Assembly: GCA_958009085.1 (NCBI GenBank)
Contig: OY253686.1
Location: 682,001 to 746,000 of the forward strand
DNA from: Protoeuglena noctilucae
Lineage: Eukaryota
DNA: 64,000 bases
Direction of reading: 5' to 3'
A model generated the notes under the pieces. That model was given only the letters and a program-made list of their open reading frames with translations, made no database searches and was not told where the DNA came from. Both the position numbers and the translations under genes were made by a program. The number at the start of each line of letters is the position of its first letter. Position 1 is the stretch's first letter. This document shows positions 34,833 to 46,881 of this stretch, one piece after another.

Positions 34833-36341
34833 CTAGCAGTCGAGCACGCCGCCCATCAGGTCTCGGAAGTCATCCTCCTTTGCCAGCGCGTCGAAGTCGA
34901 GGAGCTTGAAGAGGAACGTGATGGGCCGCACAGATGCATCCACCTCGGCGGCCGCGACCCGGCTGCGGACGCGGCGCAGGGACAAATCTTGGGAGGCTTC
35001 GGTCCCCGACAGGGGGGCGGTTTGACTGGCAGCGACTGCTAGCTCACCCGCAGCACACGTAGGGCTCTCCCTCTCGGCGCAGGAAGAGCACGACAGTTTC
35101 GGGCAGCTGTCCTGCATCTGCTGGAACGCTGTCGCCCATCACACCATGCGCACCCGTCTCCTCCTTGGCTGCCGCTCCCCCGCCCTCTCCGCCTTGCCGC
35201 AAACCAGCTTGCGGCGTCCCACCCCCCTTACTACCCGCCACGCCACCTGCGCCACGCTTCCTCCACTTCCTGCCCTCCTCCAGCCCGGATGCGCCGTTCC
35301 TGCCGTCCCTCGCTTCATCAGCGCGGCCCTTGTCCGTGGCAAGGAGCGCCGCAGTGGAGGACAGGCGCTGCACCACGGGGTGGTCCTCGTCATGGGTGGG
35401 CTGCGCGAACCAGCGCATGCAGCGGCCGCCCTGGGTGAAGGTGTTGGTGTAGTCGGACCCGGCCTTGCCCACCACGTTGACGAAGAGCGCGACGGCGTTG
35501 GCCCACTCCTGGATCCCGGAATACTTGTTATGCCTGGGCGCCTCTCTGCAGTTTGACCCCCGCATCCGTGCCATAGCGGTCGCCTTCATGGCCCCAGACC
35601 CCTCCGGTGGCCGCACCAGCCGGCCCAGGCACTCTGCCAGGAGGGACGCCACGTCCGCGTTCGTCGCCTTGCTCGAGCCCGGCGCTGGGGCCGCCCTCAC
35701 CGACTGACGCCTCGCCACCGTTGCTGGGCCAAGGGGGGGCAGTGTGCACGTGGGTGTGATGACGAGCCAACCGCGCAAATCGTCGACACGAAGCGGCGCG
35801 TCACCTTCGCCCTTATCGTCGCCGTCGAGAACGTCCCCGCTCCGCGAGGACGGCTTGCGGCGCACGGGCCTGTGGCCCTCGCCCGTGTAACCGGTGGCTT
35901 TGGGGAACACATCGACGGTGTGGTCGCCGAACTCCTCGTCCAACTCAAAGGTCGTATACACCTGCAGGCTCTCGCAATCCCACTTCGCGCCGAAACGGCC
36001 CCATGCGGGCGCAGGAGAGACCTGCCCGTGCAGCGTGGGCTCACCACCGGGTCCTGGCCCCGGATGCGCTGGGACCGTCGCTCGCCATCCCGCGGCGGTG
36101 GCTTTTGAGTACGCTTTCTCTTCGGCTTGAGCTTGTCCTGGATCGCTGTGGCGAGAGGACGGAGAAGTTGATGAAGGACCGGCGCGCGCATCCTACGCCG
36201 GCGATGCGCGACGACCTCCTGCATCCCACCTCGGATCGCTCCAACGGTCTCCTCGATGCCGAGCTGGCGAAGGCGCTCGCGATTGCGCCGGATGGTCTCC
36301 AGACGCTCGCGCTCGGCGTCGGTGACCGTGTCGGTCGTCAT
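34833..36341 (-). CDS. Uncharacterised nuclear protein: N-terminal ERERLETIRRN..L..LG motif plus C-terminal DUF3427/PUA-like domain
   Basis: Spliceable exons; basic KPKRKR and RRSQRIRG segments; NKYSGIQEW.NAVALFVNV, YTNTF..GG..MRWFAQ, VVLFLRREGEPYVCCG. Confidence 0.6.
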
Positions 36342-37341
36342 GACGTGCCAACCAGGCCCTGCGAAGGGTTGGAAGGCTCACAGCGACTGTCAGCTGATAG
36401 ATGGTCGCAGACAGCCGGGCGACTACCGCGTGCTGGGGTGAAGAAGTGGCGCAATCCTGCGCGTCAGAACCATGCACCCAGGACATCCAGGAACTGGCCA
36501 CAAGATTGCGATGCAATTCTAGTCGACAACCCCTTCGTGTGCAAGGCTGTCCCGCGGCTCCTGGTGCAACCAAGCAAGCTTCTTTTCCCGTGGTGCGAGG
36601 ATCTGCCTCTTCGACCCGACTCGGTGAGCGGAACAGCCGTTTCTGGGTTCGATCATACCTTGTTTAGCCGCTGGGCCCATTAAATCATTCTTGATACGCT
36701 AGATTGCGACGGCCGACGCTCGGGGCGCCCTCCCCTCGTACGGAAGGCGCTCGGCCGCTCCTCGCCCCCTCTCTGCCCACCCAACCCCGTCTGGTGCATA
36801 TTGCGGTACCGGATTAAATGATTCAGGGCTCCATTGGCCTCTCGTTCGGCGCGACTGCCGATTTCCGGATCCTTGCAAGCCCCGGATGTCCCGCACGCCG
36901 TATCGCTGGCGTCAGGGACACATCGGCCGCCTCCACGCAGTCATTTGGACGCGATCGGTCGCTCTGCCGATTGCTGGGCTTGCGACGGCCCCGCTAAAAG
37001 GCTCTACCTCTACCATGCGAACCCTTGTTCGTGCCGGTGGATCCAGCGCCGCTACGCCGTTGCGGTGCTACTCGTTCGCTCCTCATGGACCCGTGTGCCT
37101 TTCCCGGACCCCCTCCCCTTACCCAGAATGCCACGCATGCCTCTCGCGGGGCGGGCGTGCGGGCCCCAGCGCCCCCTCGGCCCTGGGAGTGCGGGATGTG
37201 ATTTCTTATCGCCAGAGTCGACCTGTTCGTGCAGTGTCATCGTCACGCCGAGGGCACTTGGCGGCAAGCGCGGCGACTGCAGCAAGGATGGCAGGTGGGG
37301 TGCCCGCGCGTCGGCTGGATTGCCTGGCGGCAGCGTCTAGC

Positions 37342-38771
37342 ATGTCTCGTGGACATTTGGGGTCTCGGCGGAGGTCTGCGCCCCGCAATGTCCATCGAGG
37401 AGCGCGTAGGGGGTCTTCTCTGTCGGTCTCTGCGAAGCGTCGTGTTGCCGCGGAACGGGCGCGGAACCGAGCACCCGCAGAGGTCCTCGTGTCGAGTCCG
37501 CTCGCTCCGGAGCTGGGGTGGACGGAGACGACGGTTGGGACCCAGGAGACGCTCATCGACGCCATCGCCAACGCGATGTGTGACCACCTCGGCTTCGACA
37601 GGGGCGCGATGGACGCAACCCAGGTCCGGCCGCGCGCGTGATGCACGCTGACGTGCGAAGCTGTTGCGGCTGGCATCGCCCTCGCGGAGTGCTCAGGAAA
37701 GCGCGAAGCATCGCCCGAAGTCCCCCTGCGCAGGAGCACCGCGTGTATCAGTACTACCTGCCGGTGGCGATGTGGATCCTCGGTCAGTTGGAGGCCCACA
37801 GGGCGTCCGGGGCCGGGTGCGTCGCCCTGCGCGTCATGGCTCACGCGCCAGCAAAGGCTGGATGGGTGCCGTGCTTGCGCCCATGGCGCACCCATCTCGC
37901 CTCATTCCTGGTGATCCGCAGTCGGCCGCTGGTCGTGGGTATCAGCGCCCCCCAGGGCTGCGGCAAGACGACGATCGTTGAGTGCCTGACGGCGACCTTC
38001 AAGGCGCTGGGTATCGCCTCTGCGTCCGTGTCCATCGACGACTTCTACCTGACGCGCGCCGAGCAGGTCGCGCTGGCGGCGCGGGACCCCGACAATCCCC
38101 TCCTGCAGCTGCGTGGCAACGCGGGCAGCCACGACGTGGCCCTCGGCACGCGCACGCTCGACGCCCTCCGCGGCCTCACCTCAGCAGGGGACGAGGCCCG
38201 CATCCCGCGATATGACAAGAGCTCCTTCTCGGGCAAGGGCGACCGGTGTCCCGAGGAGGACTGGGAGTCCGTCCGGGGTCCCCTGGACGTCGTCCTGTTT
38301 GAGGGCTGGATGCTCGGGTTCACGGCCGTGGGCGCCGAGCGTGCCAGCGCCGTGTCCCCCAGCCTCGTCGAGGTCGACAGGCACCTCGCGGCCTACCGGG
38401 AGGCCTGGGACAGCCGCGTGGACGCCTGGGTCGTGGTCCAGGTCGGGAGCCCGGAGTGGGTGTTTGAATGGCGCCTCCAGGCCGAGCACCGCATGCGTGC
38501 CACGGGCAAGGCGGGCATGACGGACCAGGAGGTCCGGGACTTCTGCGAGCGTTTCCAGCCCGCCTACCGCCTGTACCTGCCCGGGCTGTACGAGAAAGGC
38601 CCCACCACGGCGTCCAGCGGCAAACTCCTCCGGCTGCGCATCGGCCAGGACCGCACGCTGCTCAGCACGGTGAGAGTCGTCGAGAGAGATGGAGGAGGGC
38701 TGTCCGAACACCATGCGCGTTTGTTAACCCGACCGCCCACCCATTGTGTGCAGGAGGCGTCGTCGGGCTGA
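37342..38771 (+). CDS. GLYK: D-glycerate 3-kinase (plant type); start approximate
   Basis: YQYYLPVAMW, VVGISAPQGCGKTT (P-loop), SIDDFYLT, LRGNAGSHD, IPRYDKS, FEGWMLGF, WRLQAEHRMRA. Confidence 0.93.
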
Positions 38772-39013
38772 TTCTGGCATGGCATGAGCACTGCGACTCC
38801 GTGAGGGTGCTCACAAGCGTGCATCTGCGTCGTTTCAACAGGGCCTAGCTCGCATGTCCTAGCCCGTTTCGGTTTGAATAGTGCGGGCCTGGGCTAGCAC
38901 GTGAGCGACAGGTAGAGAGGCCCTGGCTGTGGTCGTGATGGGTCAGCAAGGCGCAAACGAGAGGCGCGAGTCCGTGACAAGGGCTGTCACAACAACTCTC
39001 CAAAGCCTGACCC

Positions 39014-40577
39014 TCACGCGTTGACGGCCTCCTTGGTGGGCGCCTTCTTCTCTGCAGGCCCCACCCGCTGCACGCTCACGAGGCGGTTGTCGTTGTCCCA
39101 CTTCAGCAGGGATTTGCAGCTCTCGCACTCCAGCTCCGTCGACCCCTTGGCGCCCTCCACGGTGAAGATGTCACCGAAGTAGGCGTTGTTTGAGCTGCCG
39201 CAGTTGGGGCACTGGGACGTGAGGATGACGCCCTCCCTGCGGTCATCGCTCGCAAGGCGCGACGTGGGGCCCCGCTACTATTACCGGCCACCTCCATGCA
39301 CGCACGAGGCCCTAGGAGACCATGCGGAGTCCGCCCTGTCTCACCTCAGCACCAGGTTGGTGAGGGAGCTCGAAATGACGTACACCCCGGGGAGGAGGAA
39401 GGCCCAGAGGAAGAGGAAACCGGGGGCACCGGGCGTGCTGATGATGCGCGACACGCTGAAGCCCGAGAGGAAGTCGGTCGTGAACAGCACCCCCAGCACG
39501 ACCACCACGGCCGGCAGGTTCAGCAGCAGCATCTTCTGGTAGTCCACCACCGCGTCCGCGTACATGGTCTTGGAGCGGATCGAGCACCTGCGTGGACAGG
39601 GAGGCTCGCTCCGCATGGGGCACAGCTCACACGCAGCCTGCCTGGCCCAACGCAGGCAGCGCCAACCATGCCCCACCTGGGCCCCCCCTGCGTCACGACC
39701 GAGTTGGACTTCTTCAGACTCTGCTTCAGCTTGTTGAACTCCTCGTCCGACATGATGGGCTTGCCCGCCGCGTACGCCATGGACGCCTCGAGGAAGCGCT
39801 GCTCCTGCCCCGACAGCACCACCACGCTCGAGCCCTCCCACAACAGCTCGTTCTGCGGGGTATATGCGGGAAGCTCCTCGTACCAGGCCCCGGCCATCCC
39901 CTCGACCAGCGCGCCGAGTCGCCGCCAATCCCAGCGGCCCCCACCTTCAGGTTGTCGAACTCCTCGTTTGACATCGAGGCCTTGCCATCGTAGTAGAAGG
40001 ACCGCATGGCATCCAAAAACTCCTGCTCCATCTCGCCCAGAGACTTCTTCTTGCTGCGCTTCCCCTGCGCAGTGGCGGGACGGCGCCCCGTGGGCAGCAG
40101 ACCGGGCCGGCCCTCGCCCCCACGACGCACCCCAGCTATGCCTCTACAGACGGTGTTCGGCCGCCGCGCCGCGGCCGGCGATAGCGAGGCGTCCCGACGA
40201 CTACACCGCGCTAGACCGCCGAGTATCGGGCGGCGCGCGGGTGGCGGTGGCGGGGTATGGTAGGTCTGCACCGCGGCGCGGGCACTCCCCGGCCGCAGGC
40301 GCCGCGCCGCGCTCACCTCGGCATCCAGGCTGCAATACTCGTTCACGTAATCATCGACGGTGCTGTCTGGCGACGGGCCCTTGGACTCGGCTGCGCGCAC
40401 GGGGGGCTTGCAATGCCTGCCGCGATCTGCGACGCAAGAGGACGAGTCCCCGCCGCGCGCCCAGCAGGCCCCGAACAGCGCGAACCTCTAGGCGCCGTGC
40501 ATCTGGGCCCGTCACGCTACGCGCGCGAGGACGCGCGGGCAAATCGCACGCGCCGGACAACACCGCTCGCGCGGCAT
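39014..40577 (-). CDS. PGRL1: PGR5-like photosynthetic phenotype 1 protein; 5' end approximate
   Basis: YCSLD, SLGEMEQEFL, MSNEEFDNLK, LLWEGSSVVVLS, FLEASMAY, GPRCSIRS, two TM helices, CPNCG...CESC. TGA at 39014-39016. Confidence 0.95.
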
Positions 40578-41036
40578 GTCGAGCGCGGAGTCCGAGGGGC
40601 CCGTACGACGGCGCAACGGTGACGAATGGGACAAAGACGCACGAAAACGTCCGCGGAGAACTCGGAGCGCCCACCCCGTCGCCGGGGGCAAGGATTTCCG
40701 CTCGCTCGTCGCTCACCTCGCGCGATGGCGCGGCTTGCACGGCGGGGGGCGACGCCGGCCACGCAGCGGGCATTTCGGCCCGCCGACGAGCAAACCCCAA
40801 GGCGAGAGGCCGTGAGGCTCATCATCGGCCCCCCTCCCAGCGCACCCAGGTCGTCAAGAGCACCGGGGACGGTCGATGAGCACCTCCCCACTCTCACTGC
40901 GGCGCGAGCTGTGCGATCGCGCCCGCGCTCCGACCATGCGAGCGACGAGACGTCTGACACACTTGGGTCAGGGGGCGTGGCGGGGCGCAGCGGTCATCAC
41001 GCCCGCGCGATCGACTTCGCATGAAATAGTGATCGT

Positions 41037-42926
41037 GTGGCCTGCCCCTGCCGCATCTCCGGCTGCCTTGCCGCCAGCCTTGGACGGGCATCGAGCCACG
41101 CGCCATGGAGACTCCGGCGCACGCGGCGACAGCGACCCCGACCTACAAGACCAGCGCTGCCCGGCCCCGGCCGAAGCCCGCCACTGGTAGGACGAAGGGG
41201 TGCACGGCCGCTGCACACGGGGCGCAGCCCGAGCGTAGGGCGACTCTCTGCGCGCCTCCGCGCCCGCAGGGCTCGTCCATCTCTCTGGCTTGTCCGTGGC
41301 AGCCCCGGCGCCGCATCTCTGCGCGCGGCAGTCGCAGCAGGCGAGGACTGCATCGCCCTAGCGTCTCCACCGATGCTTCCATCCTTCCGCGACGATGCGA
41401 CGATCGCCGACGCGTGCTCTGCTCCCTGTGCCCAGGGGGACACCATTCGGCGCGCTGTGCTGCGGGACGTCCTCGTGGCTGAGGACGTGTCCCCGCTCTG
41501 TGCCTCGTCGAACCCCTACCGCCGCGATCTGGAGGAGGCCGTGACCGCGACGCGCCTGGCCGCACGGCTATGCACGCTGGTCCAGCAAGAGCTCACGGCC
41601 GGGGAGCGGCAGGACAAGTCTGACGACTCCCCCGTCACGGTGGCCGACTACGGTGCACAGGCTTTGGTGGCGTGGGCGCTACAGAAGGCCTTTCCCGGTG
41701 AGTGCCCGATTCAGCGCTGGAAGCGCGCCTGGGAGGTGCGAGGAGCGGGAGCAGGGAAGTAAGAGGACCCCTTGTGCTGCAGATGGGACGTTCTCGATGG
41801 TGGCGGAGGAGGACTCGACGGACCTCCGGGGGGACGATGGGGCCTTGCTCCGACAACGCATCACGGCGCTGGTGAACCGAGTAGTGCAGGAGTCGGGCCA
41901 CCCTGCACGCGAGACGCTCAGCGAGGCTCAGGTCCTGCAGCTCATTGACGCGGGGGCCTCCCAGGTGTGTGACGAGGACGCTGCGCAGCGGCAGGGTAGA
42001 TGCGAGGGATATGGAATCGGATCCTGGGCCGATGGGAAGCACGAGCAAACCGACTGGCTTGCCCCGTGACCCCAGGGCGGCAGTGTCGGGCGGCACTGGG
42101 TGCTCGACCCGATTGACGGGACGCGCGGCTTCGTGGGGAAGCGGCAATACGCCGTGTGCCTGGGCCTTATCGAGGACGGCGCTGTCGTGCTGGGGGTGCT
42201 GGGGTGCCCAAACCTGCCGCATGCGCCTCTGACCCAGGCGGATGGGGGGCCCGAGGCGGCGTCGCGCGCCGGGCAGGATAACGTTGGATGCTTGTTCGCC
42301 GCGGCCAGAGGCCAGGGGTCGTTCTGGGGGCCGCTGGAGGGGGCTGGGTTACCGGAGCATCGCTGCCGTGTCTCGGACTTGCAAACCACCGAGGGCGCCC
42401 TGTACATGCAGTCGTTCGAGTCGCGGCATTCGAGCCACAGGTGACACCCACGCGCCCGCTGCCCGGCGCACGGAGCTCCTGCCCATCCTGCAGCTATGCC
42501 CTACGCGACGCCGTTGCCCGCAGCATGGCGTCCACGGTGGCCCATGCGCTGGGTTTCCACCCCGAGTCCCTCAAGCTCGACTCTCAGGCCAAGTACGGGG
42601 CGCTGGCACGCGGCGACGCGCAGGCGTGGATGCGGTTCCCCCCAGCGACCTACCGGTGCGCGCCGCAGCTGATGGCGTGTGCCAGGCTCAGCTGTGGGGA
42701 TCGCTGAACCCCGCCACGCTTTGGCCCGTGCAGAGAGAAGATTTGGGACCACGCCGCGGGGACGATCGTCGTGCAGGAGGCCGGTGGCGTCGTCTCAGAT
42801 GGCCTGGGCCACCCGCTCGATTTCTCCAAGGGGCGCTTCCTGGATCAGAAGCTCGGCATCATCGCTGCGCCGCCCGCCATCCACGCGCGCCTCGTGCGCG
42901 CTGTCCGGGAGGCGGCAGCCAATTAG
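41037..42926 (+). CDS. SAL1: 3'(2'),5'-bisphosphate nucleotidase (SAL1/HAL2 family); start uncertain
   Basis: KSDDSPVTVADYGAQA, VAEED, WVLDPIDGTRGF, VLGCPNLP, LDSQAKYG, EKIWDHAAG. TAG at 42924-42926. Confidence 0.92.
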
Positions 42927-43340
42927 TTATTGGTTTGGGTGACCAGAATGAACATTGGGGGAGCAGAGCGCTGTCCGTGCGTTTAAATATTGGCTCTGGA
43001 GCGTCGCTGATCAACTGCAAGGCCGGCTTAGGCCCAGCCGCGGGTCCCGTCTGACCGGACGTCAGCTCGGAAAACGCCTTTTTCCGCCCACGAGCGCGGG
43101 CCCAGCGCCCATACATCCGCTGCATGCCACGCGTTCGGCAGTTAGCCGGTGGCGAGGATCATCGATCGCGCGAAGCGTTTTCCTGGCCGGGACTCCCCTC
43201 AACGACCCTTCCGCCGCGACCGGCCCGGGGAAGCCTTTCAGGGCCCTGTTCGGGGTACGTCAGCCCAAAGAGTCGGGCCGCGACCCAGGAGGGCCGCGCA
43301 GCGGGTCGACCATGGCCAGCGCAGGCTGGGTTCCGAAGCC

Positions 43341-44934
43341 ATGCCTCGCGAGGCTCGCCGAGAGAGCGACGCGGACGCGGACAAGGTGGGTGTCGAGAGG
43401 GAAGCGCGTTCCTTCGGCCCGCCGACGGAGCCCGGAGCTGCCCGGCGGAGCGGGCCCGTCGTACGGGCTGCCCCTTGCGGTCACGAGGGCACGAGGTGTC
43501 CCCCCCGCTGCACGCGACGCGCACCGGCCCGGACGCGGGCCCGCGCGGCCTCGCTTGCCCCTTTTTACTCTCTCCTCGTCGTCTCCAGCCGCTGCAGGTC
43601 CGTCGCGGCGCCCTCCCGCGCTCTTCCGGTCAGGGTGACGTTCACCATTCCGTTCCGGTGCGCCTTCGGCGACAACATGAAGGTCGTGGGCGGAGGTTCT
43701 GGGTGAGTTTGGGCGGTCCGAGCGAGATTGCGTCGGCGCGGGGCGCGCCGGCGAAGCGCAGGGACGCAGGGTGCCCCGTGCGCGCAGGCTGGGCAACTGG
43801 AACGTGCGCGAGGGCTTGCCGCTCACGTGGCAGGAGGGGGACGTTTGGATCGGGGAAGCGGAGCTGTCGGACGGGGTGATCGAGTACAAGTACGTTGTCC
43901 AGACGAACGGGGGGCAGGTGCGCTGGGCGCCGCACGATTTGAACCGAGGGGGCGCCCGGCGGCGCGCGGGCGGCGCGGCCGGTGGCTCCGGAGAGGGTAA
44001 AGGTCATGGGCGCTTCCAACGAGGCCGCCGTCCCGCGTCGCGCGCGCAGGTGCGGTGGATGGAGGGTAACAACATCCGCCTGACGCTACCGGAGCAGATC
44101 GAGGGGGTCGCGGGACTGACGGTGGTGGACGACTGGGGCGGCGGGCGCCACGACGTCCAGATCAAACGGCGCGAGGGTGGCGGGCCGGCTTCAAGCGCCC
44201 CACCACCCGCAGCCGCCGTGCCGGACGCCAAGCCCGCCACGCCCATGCCCACCGTCACCTCGAGCGCCCCAACCGCGGCCGCGGCCGTGCCTGGGCCCGC
44301 TCTGCGCACTCCCGACTCAAGCCCTAACCCTGCCCCAGCATCCCCGTCCCGGGTCGGGAAGCCCTCCTCGGCAGCAACCATCGGTGCGGGTGGGCCGCGT
44401 CAGGGGTCGAGGGAGGTCCCCGACGATGGGAAGAGCTCCGTCAAGCGCAAGAAGCTGCTGCGGAACGTGGCCGTGCGGGACCCGCTCTCGACCGCAAAGG
44501 TGTCGAGCGTGTCAAAGAAATCGGTGGCGGAGCTGCGGGAGGCTGGCCTCCGGCGCGGCACGGGCAAGGTGCGGTTAGGGCGGGGTGAAGGGTCTCGGCC
44601 GTCCGCGGAATGGACTGCAGGGCGCCACGCTCTGGTCGCCCTGCTCAGTGCGTGGCCGCCGCCGTCCTTGCAGGACCAGCAGCTGATGGTGAAGGGGGAG
44701 GAGCTGCTGCGGGAGCTCGTTCAGCTGTCGATGGAGGACCTCGGGGCGGCCGTGGACATGGCGGAGGAGGCGCTCGATTCGGGGATGGACCCCACGTCGG
44801 CCCAGGCCTTGGAGAACGACGCGCTGGTAGCGCAGATGTCGCGCAAGGCCATCGCCATGTCGCGGGCGCTTGAGGCGGCCAAGGACGAAGTGCGGGGCCT
44901 CCTCACAAAGCCGCGTGATTCTGGCAGCTCTTGA
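43341..44934 (+). CDS. CBM20 starch-binding-domain protein with Pro/Ala linker and helical C-terminus; start uncertain
   Basis: VRVTFTI...FGDNMKVVG, LGNWN..GLPLTWQEGDVW, IEYKYVV, WMEGNN. Confidence 0.85.
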
Positions 44935-45134
44935 CTCTGTTCATCGCGTGCTGTAGATCGATCTCCTATGCTGTGCAGCTCTCTTCACACCCTCCCTGCG
45001 TCCCACTGCCTAGGCTTTTGCGGCGTCATGACGACAACGTAGGCCATCCTTCGGACACGACTCATGCGCATAGGCGCTGCAACGGACGCCTTGTGAACCC
45101 GGCAATAACGCACTGATGGCCACGAGACATGGGC

Positions 45135-46801
45135 TCAGACGCCGTACAGAGGGAAGAGGTACTTAACCATGAAGAAGACCAGCGCCCCGGTGAAAATGTA
45201 AGAGTCGAAGCGGTCGAGGACGCCTCCGTGACCGGGGATAATGTTGCCAGAGTCCTGCACGGGGCGCACGAGAGGTTGCAGACATGACGTCCCTCGGCAG
45301 GCCTGGCAGCGAGGGGCCCACTTGATGAGCCTCCGCGCGCGCTAGGCGGTCGTGAGAACGGCCGCGCTCCTGGCTACACACGCACCTTGACCCCGGCATC
45401 GCGCTTCATCGATGACTCGATCAGATCCCCGCAGAGCGAGGTGGCAAAGACGGTGATTCCCAACAGGGGTGCGCCCCACCAGACGCTCGGCCAGTTCGTG
45501 AAGCGGCATATGAGCATCACCATGCCAGTCGCGCAGAGCATCCCTGCGAGGGGTCCGAAACAGGCACCCATGTGGGCCTCGCACCGATCGCACCGCAGTT
45601 GGTGTCCCCCCTGCGTGATTGGCGAGAATCGATGGCCCGGCCCGGCACCCACCTCCTATAGCCCCCTCGACGGTCTTCTTCGGCGAGAGCTTCGTCAGCT
45701 GCGTGCGCCCCACCGCACGCCCGATGAGGTACGCCCCCGTGTCCGCAGCGATGACGGCCATCACCGACGTGAAGGTCGCGAGAAGACCGACGGTGACCTG
45801 CATGGGGCCTCCAGCCTGCAGGGGGGGCGCAGAAGATCGATGGTGCGGGCCGGAACATCCAAAGCTGTGTAGTAGCCCTGTCGCGCGGGGAAGGGGACTC
45901 CCTGCTCACCAGTGTGGGCCACCAATGCGCCAGCGCGGAGCTGTTCGCTGCGGGGACGGCCAGATTACGCAGCTGCACCCAGAAGCTGGGGAGGAAACCG
46001 CAGTAGAAGATGCCGAAGATGGTGTAGGCGATGGAAGTCAACGTCGGGACCTCTGTGGCGAACAGCTCCAGCGCCAGGACCGCAAACGCGCCCGCTGCGC
46101 AAGGACGAGAAAGATACGTTCAGGACGCGCGTCTGCCCGGCTCCGCGGCCGGCGGAGGGCGCGCCGCACGATGAGGCACGCGGGATATCCATGCGTGGGA
46201 GGGAGTCGCCGCGCGGTGTGGGCGCTCGCTCGCCTGAAAGCCACACTTGCGGCCGCCCTTGCAGAAAGGTCGTGATGACCATGCCCGCGCACACGGTGGT
46301 GCACGCGGCGACGACCCAGCCCGACACGGCAGGAAGCCCGCGCGCCCGCTCCTTGGCGTTGATGAACCCCCAGTACTCGGTGCTCACTTGCGACACCAGC
46401 AACGTCACCAGCGCGGCGTACGGAGGGCCCCCCGACCCCACCGCGAGCGCGCACACGGCTCCCAACAGCAGCCCGTAGGTGCACCGCACGGCCAGGTCGC
46501 TCATGGAGGAGGCGGGCTTGGCCGAGCTCACGATCGGCTGGATGGAGAAACTCGAACCGGAGCCCAGGGGTGCGACGCTGCTGGCTTGCCGCAGCACAGG
46601 CGAGTGCTTGCCCCCAGGGGACCGGTAGGGGCCCCGGCCGACGCGCATGAATCCCAGGGTCCGGCTCGTTGACGATGCGAGACAATGGCTCTCCAATCGG
46701 TCCGCAATAGCCATCGGAGAGGCCCCAGGAAGCCGATAACGAGGCGCCGAGGGCCCGCGGAGCCCAGCCTGCGCGGGGACGGCGAGTGCCCCCACGTGCA
46801 T
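45135..46801 (-). CDS. CDS: Phosphatidate cytidylyltransferase (CDP-DAG synthase), plastid type
   Basis: [62 protein letters not shown]. Confidence 0.93.
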
Positions 46802-46881
46802 GGCTGATTCGGGCAAGAAGGCGACACGGGAAGGCAGGGAAGGGCGCGCGGAGGGCTCTATCTGGATCAGGGTCGCCGGGG

